A stretch of DNA of 59,164 bases, filler included. It is 9 parts of 9 records of this genome, joined end to end, with 100 filler letters (N's around TTAATTAATTAA, not from the genome) between each part and the next. Parts side by side here need not be neighbours in the genome. Positions count along the whole stretch, not along the records: positions 51,746 to 59,164 come from SRR31156797_169450; 8 more parts are not named here. One strand, written 5' to 3'. Positions 54,643 through 59,164 of the stretch are shown here, in pieces (positions within the stretch are counted from its first letter, which is position 1; each line of letters starts with the position of its first letter). A model generated the notes under the pieces. It saw only the letters and a program-made list of their open reading frames with translations. It searched no databases and was not told where the DNA came from. A program made the position numbers and the translations under genes.

Positions 54643-55043
54643 GCCGTCTTCTCGTTGATGCAGGCCGAAGCGGTAATGGCGTTGGTGGCAGCATTGCTCC
54701 GGGCGTAGATCTTCACCGCCTTGGCTACGGGCAGAGTGACCGTGGCCAGAGCGGGATCATCCGCATTCGTATCCAGGCGAGCCAGGAAGATGCCGTCAGT
54801 GTCGTCGTTGGGGTATTCGTCGCTGGCCGAGCCATCCGGGTCTCCGCAGCTCAGCAACGCGTAGAAATCCACGGTGTCGTCGCTGGCGGGTGTGCCGTTG
54901 TTGTCTGCCTTCAGCGTGATCATCGAGGCAAACGCTGTTGCTGAGAACGTCACGGCATCGGAGGCCTGCGTCGCGCCGGCCGAAACACTGACCGAGTCGG
55001 ACGAGCTCCAGGTCACCTGCTGTTCGTTATTGGCTACTGCCAT
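54639..55043 (-). CDS. Hypothetical beta-rich virion-like protein
   Basis: Start MAVANNE at 55043 after GAGGAG; stop overlaps the next ATG. Confidence 0.6.
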   Translation of the reverse strand: MAVANNEQQVTWSSSDSVSVSAGATQASDAVTFSATAFASMITLKADNNGTPASDDTVDFYALLSCGDPDGSASDEYPNDDTDGIFLARLDTNADDPALATVTLPVAKAVKIYARSNAATNAITASACINEKTA

Positions 55044-55059
55044 TGATCTTCTCCTCTCA

Positions 55060-55455
55060 TCAGTCCAGTGATACGTTGAGGTCGCCGGCCGAGAACCGTG
55101 CCGTGTCGCCACTGGCGATTGTCTTTGACTGGCTCAGCGATCCGTGGGCCAGCATATTGCCACTGCTGGCGGCATCGAACAATGTGAAGTGCGTCACGGT
55201 CCCCCAGCTTCCCGTGGCCTCGGCGAACTCGATCGCGTTGGCGTTATCCAGCGCGCCGCCCGAGGCGGCATTCCAGTCGGCGGCCGCGGTTGCCACACGG
55301 GCGTATCCATTGCCGCTCGGCTCGCTCAAACCGGTCCCGTCGTCACCCGGATCGGCGGTCGACAGGCCAACGTAAATCGTTGGCGGCGTGTAACTGCCCT
55401 TGCCGAACAGGTGGTCCAGGATCTCGTTTTCCCAATGATCTGAAAAACTTCCCAT
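55060..55455 (-). CDS. Phage minor tail / tail-fibre-associated protein (gp80-like)
   Basis: SDHWENEILDHLF...YVGLSTADP...E.SG.GYARV...N...I.F..ATGSWGTVTHF.LFDA.S.GN.L..G.L, recognised from phage tail regions. Confidence 0.75.
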   Translation of the reverse strand: MGSFSDHWENEILDHLFGKGSYTPPTIYVGLSTADPGDDGTGLSEPSGNGYARVATAAADWNAASGGALDNANAIEFAEATGSWGTVTHFTLFDAASSGNMLAHGSLSQSKTIASGDTARFSAGDLNVSLD

Positions 55456-55491
55456 CAGTTTTGCTCCTTCTCTGGCTTGTGTACGGTGTCG

Positions 55492-55947
55492 TTAGTTCGG
55501 CGCCCTCGTGTGGGTTAGGCCGGTCTCGATTGACGCGTGGCTGAGGATGACGGTCGCGCCGTCATCGTCGTAATAGTCAATCGCCTTGGTGGTGATGTCT
55601 TGTACGGCCTTGTTGGCGAGGATCTTCGTTGCGGTCAGCTCCGCGGTACCGGTCCAGACGATATCGCGACCGCCCACTAGCGTATCGCTGTCGGCAGGAC
55701 TGGCGCCGGCCTGAACAAACCATTGAACGAAATACGATCCGGCGGAAATGTTCTCGTCGAAGTCGGCTACATAGCGGCTTCCGCCTTTGTCCGTCAGAGC
55801 CAGGGCGTAATCGGCGGCGTCACGGCCGGCCGTGCCCCACGGCTCGAAAACCTGCCCGGCCACCTGCCAGACCTCTCCGGCACGATTGCGGATGACCGCG
55901 TACAGCGTGCTGCCCGATGCGTAGCTGACTTGAATCTCATTTGCCAT
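55492..55947 (-). CDS. Hypothetical protein in phage-like operon
   Basis: 151-aa co-oriented ORF, tightly packed with neighbours. Confidence 0.65.
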   Translation of the reverse strand: MANEIQVSYASGSTLYAVIRNRAGEVWQVAGQVFEPWGTAGRDAADYALALTDKGGSRYVADFDENISAGSYFVQWFVQAGASPADSDTLVGGRDIVWTGTAELTATKILANKAVQDITTKAIDYYDDDGATVILSHASIETGLTHTRAPN

Positions 55948-55980
55948 GTTCTGTGCCTTTCATCAGTCAAGCGGCCTGGC

Positions 55981-56775
55981 TTAGGCCTCTTCGGTCCAGG
56001 TCCCGTTCTTGCCGGTGGTGGCCCAGTCGCCATTGCCATCGGCCACCAGCATCAGCGTCGCCCCGACGGCACTGGCCCACTTGTACCGATCGGCGGTCTG
56101 GCCACTGTCGTCTCGGACCGTGGCGGTGCCTGGATCGATACGCAGTTCCTGAGCGGCCTGAACCGCAAAGATGAATTCGGTGCCTTCGACGGGCGTCGCT
56201 GGTAAGGTCAGTGTCACCGTGCCGGTAGCTCCGAGATTGCTGTGTACACTGCCCGATTCGGAGGCGGTGAGCGTATCGTCAGCAGCGTGGGCCTCGATCG
56301 TCCTGCGTACGCCACCTGCCCCATGAGGGACGATGCAGTTGTGTCCCGCGCGGGAATCGACAAGCGACGTGATATCGCCTCCCGAGGTCGTCACGACCGC
56401 CAGGCGAATGTGAGGCGTCGTTACCATGTCGGGGAAGTCGCTGTACTCATCGATGACCAGCGTCCCGTCGCCATCGAGATAGAGGTAGATACTCGCCTCG
56501 TTGTCGGCTAGCGTGTTTCCGGTCGAGCCTTCGTAGTTGACGAGTTCGGTGCCCAGCCAGAATGTTCCTGCCTTGACGCCAATGTCGAGCCCGCCCTCAT
56601 CGTAGACGCGCAGGTCATTGGCGCGCCGGGTGCCGAGCAGCAGGCGATACAACAGCTTGCGAAAGTGCAGATAGTAAGGTGCGGTGCCGGTGGGGATGTA
56701 CTCGACGCCCGTTTCAGTGTCCGACTGAAGATTCAACAACTCGTTGTCCGAGGGATATACCTCACCCATCGTCAT
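55981..56775 (-). CDS. Hypothetical structural protein with a tail-fibre-like C-terminal motif
   Basis: AAGGAG RBS (start 56775 or 56769); C-terminal TLTASESG...VTLTLPA...G.EF motif seen in fibre proteins. Confidence 0.65.
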   Translation of the reverse strand: MTMGEVYPSDNELLNLQSDTETGVEYIPTGTAPYYLHFRKLLYRLLLGTRRANDLRVYDEGGLDIGVKAGTFWLGTELVNYEGSTGNTLADNEASIYLYLDGDGTLVIDEYSDFPDMVTTPHIRLAVVTTSGGDITSLVDSRAGHNCIVPHGAGGVRRTIEAHAADDTLTASESGSVHSNLGATGTVTLTLPATPVEGTEFIFAVQAAQELRIDPGTATVRDDSGQTADRYKWASAVGATLMLVADGNGDWATTGKNGTWTEEA

Positions 56776-56791
56776 CTCCTTGCGTTTGTGC

Positions 56792-57571
56792 TCAATCTGA
56801 TATGCTGAGCGTCAGTTCGTTTATCTGTTCATCGAATGTCACCACATCGAGTTGCGCAGCTGGTCGCGCGGCCGGCACGATCGTAATCGGCGCCGTCTCG
56901 CTGGCCAGGCTCTCGTTGCCCTGTGCATCGACCACCTTGACGCCGAAGCGATAGGCACCCAGGGGCAGGGCCAGGCTGATCCACTGGATCGTGTCGGCAT
57001 CCAGCCCAAATTGCCCGCGCCCGAAGACGCCTTTGCCGAATCCGATAGCCGCCGCGGCGTCGTAGCCGAAGTCTCCAGTGCCGAATTGAGCCAGGCCGAA
57101 GCCGGCCTTGTCCTGCCAGCAGGGCCAGAGAGGAATCGGCGCGTCGTTCAGCGGTGTGGCGTAATCGATGCCACCCGTGCCATTGTCGAAATAGATGTTG
57201 GCCGTCGCGCCTGTCGGCAGGGTCTGGCTCCGCAGGAGCGTCAGCTTGACGCGGGCGCTGCAAACCGCGGAGTAGCCGATCTCGCTGGCGAAATCACGAT
57301 GCGCGTCTGTGGGCTCAACTGCCACCACCTCCACGCGCACCGCCGCATCGAACGACGAAAGAGACTGGATGACCAACTGATGCTGCTGTGGATCGACAGT
57401 CACCCCGGCGAAGCGCCCGTTGACATAAACCTGATAGAGCATGTCTTCGAGCCATGACTTCCAGGTCACCAGGGCCGTGCGCGAGAAAACGGTGCCGTGC
57501 CCATCGGCTGCGACCGCGTCAGGGAGCAACGCCGCTCGAACGTTTTCAATACCGTCGCGCAGAAATGGCAT
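56792..57571 (-). CDS. Hypothetical protein with Gly-Phe repeats and an FN3-like end
   Basis: GFGLAQFGTGDFGYD...GFGKGVFGRGQFGLD; YRFGVKVVDAQGNES. Confidence 0.65.
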   Translation of the reverse strand: MPFLRDGIENVRAALLPDAVAADGHGTVFSRTALVTWKSWLEDMLYQVYVNGRFAGVTVDPQQHQLVIQSLSSFDAAVRVEVVAVEPTDAHRDFASEIGYSAVCSARVKLTLLRSQTLPTGATANIYFDNGTGGIDYATPLNDAPIPLWPCWQDKAGFGLAQFGTGDFGYDAAAAIGFGKGVFGRGQFGLDADTIQWISLALPLGAYRFGVKVVDAQGNESLASETAPITIVPAARPAAQLDVVTFDEQINELTLSISD

Positions 57572-57576
57572 CTCGA

Positions 57577-57948
57577 TCAACTCCCCAGTTGCGTGTAAAC
57601 GATTTCATATCCGACCACTGCACCGACCCCGCTGATATCCCGATCCAGCGGCGTGAAAGCATCCACGCGCAGATCGGCGTACGTTTGCCCGTCAGCCGTC
57701 ACCAGCGTGTGCGTGTCACCGTCGAGAAAAGCCTCGATGGCCTTCAGGCGAGAGTGTATCGCTGCCTGACTGGACGCTTTGAGGATGCCTCGTTGCCGAA
57801 TCGTACGACTGCGACTGCCCAGATCGATGCTCACCATCCCATCCAGGCCCGGGATTGCCCGTTCGACCGAAGCACGCTGCCACGTGCCAACCTGGATCTT
57901 CAGATCCTGTTCGTCGAACAATGCCTTGTCATCCAATGTGGTGCTCAT
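57577..57948 (-). CDS. Hypothetical protein, possibly distal-tail-like
   Basis: ERAIPGLDG.V..DLG.R.R.I...G.L pattern reminiscent of Dit/DNA-circulation N-termini; co-oriented. Confidence 0.5.
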   Translation of the reverse strand: MSTTLDDKALFDEQDLKIQVGTWQRASVERAIPGLDGMVSIDLGSRSRTIRQRGILKASSQAAIHSRLKAIEAFLDGDTHTLVTADGQTYADLRVDAFTPLDRDISGVGAVVGYEIVYTQLGS

Positions 57949-57966
57949 GAATCACCTCTTCTGTTC

Positions 57967-58623
57967 TCAGTCCCGCACCAGTTTGATCGCGCCGCCAAGC
58001 CGGGAGATGTCGGCGATGCCGTCCGTGCCCAGGTCGATCGACAGTCGACATCGTTGCCTGGCCTCTTGGAAAAGCTGCCTGTAATGCAGGCTCTTCTGCC
58101 AATAGCCTTCACTGGCGATCCGGTGGGCCCACATCGCGTAGACGCTGGAGATCACCAGGAAGGCGGAGGCGCGCCGCAGTCCTTCCGTCTCGACAATGTT
58201 CTCGGTCGTGATCTCGCTCGTCGGATTGCCCGGCTGGATGCCGAAGTACTCCGTCAATTGAAAGGCGGCCTCGCCCCCCTGCGCTGCGAACGTGCTGATA
58301 CGATAGGAGATGTCACTGGCCTGGGCCGGGGCGATCGGGCTGTCGGCAACATCCGCTCTGAGAACTGAGACGGTCAGTTCCGTCGCGGAATCCACTGAGA
58401 CGATCTCGTAGGCCCCGTCCAATGCGCCGTCGGCTGATTTTAGATGCACTACGCCACCGGCTTCGACGCCTGCGCCGACGAAGTCGCCCGCGGCGTCGGT
58501 CAGCGTGGTCCCACTCAACTCAGCGCCGGTGCCTCGAGTCAGGACCTGCGAGGACAGATGCAATTCGCCAAACAGCACCGGCTCATACTTCAGAATGTCA
58601 ACATCACTTGAGAACTGAACCAT
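57967..58623 (-). CDS. Hypothetical protein following the capsid gene (possible head-tail adaptor)
   Basis: AAGGGAG RBS; position after the capsid gene; helical C-terminus LRRASAFLVIS.VY. Confidence 0.55.
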   Translation of the reverse strand: MVQFSSDVDILKYEPVLFGELHLSSQVLTRGTGAELSGTTLTDAAGDFVGAGVEAGGVVHLKSADGALDGAYEIVSVDSATELTVSVLRADVADSPIAPAQASDISYRISTFAAQGGEAAFQLTEYFGIQPGNPTSEITTENIVETEGLRRASAFLVISSVYAMWAHRIASEGYWQKSLHYRQLFQEARQRCRLSIDLGTDGIADISRLGGAIKLVRD

Positions 58624-58654
58624 GTCACCAAGTCTCCCTTTTGCGAGTGGCGGA

Positions 58655-58707
58655 GTTGCGATTGTGGATCACGGTCAAACGCTGATCCGTAATCCACAAT
58701 CTGCAAC
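58655..58707 (-). terminator. Long intergenic hairpin after the capsid-like gene (mRNA stabiliser or attenuator)
   Basis: GTTGCGATTGTGGATCACGG ... CCGTAATCCACAATCTGCAAC, near-perfect ~20-bp inverted repeat; no U-tract on the coding strand. Confidence 0.55.
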
Positions 58708-58719
58708 CCGTCATTGGAA

Positions 58720-59164
58720 TCAGCTTGTGCTCAGGTCACGAATCAGGCCATGGGCTGCTTCGTTCTTCAGCTCCAGGGTGTACTCGCCGATCAGCTCGCC
58801 GCACTCGTAGTCGCCACCACTGGCCAGCGGCTTGAAGTGGAAGCTCCGTCCGGCCATGGGCAGAACGCCGATTCTCGACGAATCGAGGAACAACGCCGCG
58901 TCCTGAGGCATCCATCGCGTCGTCACGATCCGGCAGATGCCGAAGTCGCTCTCGTACTGGCTGACCATATCCATGAACGTCTTGTCGTTCGCGCCGTAAC
59001 TGCGGCTCGCCGAGCAGAAGGCGTTGATCTTGCGCTTCTGGAAGCCGCCGACCACGATCAGGTCCACGTTGCCACTGCTGTTCTCCCAGATCTTGCGCAA
59101 GATGTAGTTGACCTTCGCCTCGTCCAGATCAGTCCCGGCAGGAAAGCCACTGTCCCCGGTATGG
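58720..59164 (-). CDS. Major capsid protein-like (SU10/DUF5309-type), C-terminal part
   Basis: Frame open to the window edge; YESDFG...IVTTRWMP...KPLASGGD...GELIGEYTLELKNEAAHG matches my recollection of HK97-fold SU10-type capsid C-termini. Confidence 0.75.
   Translation of the reverse strand, partial: HTGDSGFPAGTDLDEAKVNYILRKIWENSSGNVDLIVVGGFQKRKINAFCSASRSYGANDKTFMDMVSQYESDFGICRIVTTRWMPQDAALFLDSSRIGVLPMAGRSFHFKPLASGGDYECGELIGEYTLELKNEAAHGLIRDLSTS

Noticed and set aside
51746-59164. Contractile injection system or encapsulin interpretation
   Set aside because: No sheath, tube or VgrG-like spike recognised, and a capsid-like gene is present. Tail-like genes argue against a simple encapsulin.

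Overview
The window is not one locus. It is nine unrelated contig fragments joined by eight artificial 100-nt spacers (Ns around TTAATTAATTAA). Taxon labels are inferences from gene content and composition. (1) 1-5975: alphaproteobacterial-type tuf-S10-spc ribosomal protein operon. (2) 6076-11172: Na/Pi cotransporter, USP, META, SDR; Desulfobacterota-like. (3) 11273-16410: cstA end, cdaA with a CdaR-like gene, a UroD-family protein and GH2; Planctomycetota-like. (4) 16511-22642: part of a giant FN3/Ig protein entering an Rhs-type region. (5) 22743-30472: rnpA-rpmH, TVP38, flavin disulfide reductase, histidine kinase, two DUF4405-like genes, tam, DUF547; alphaproteobacterial. (6) 30573-36033: Sat-CysC fusion with degenerate sulfurylase motifs, a Phd/RelE toxin-antitoxin pair whose toxin is split by a 155-bp IS66-like MITE, comEA and a PKD protein. 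(7) 36134-42507: MarR-GNAT, ECF sigma/anti-sigma and secreted proteins. (8) 42608-51645: sensor proteins ending in a CxxC...CxxC domain, pcm, DMT, ArgP-like regulator, pflB-pflA; spirochaete-like. (9) 51746-59164: a compact co-oriented phage-like structural operon with no visible tail tube or tape measure. Fragment 9 is the best candidate for an undescribed system (GTA-like or domesticated particle). The MITE-inactivated toxin is the finding best supported by the sequence alone.
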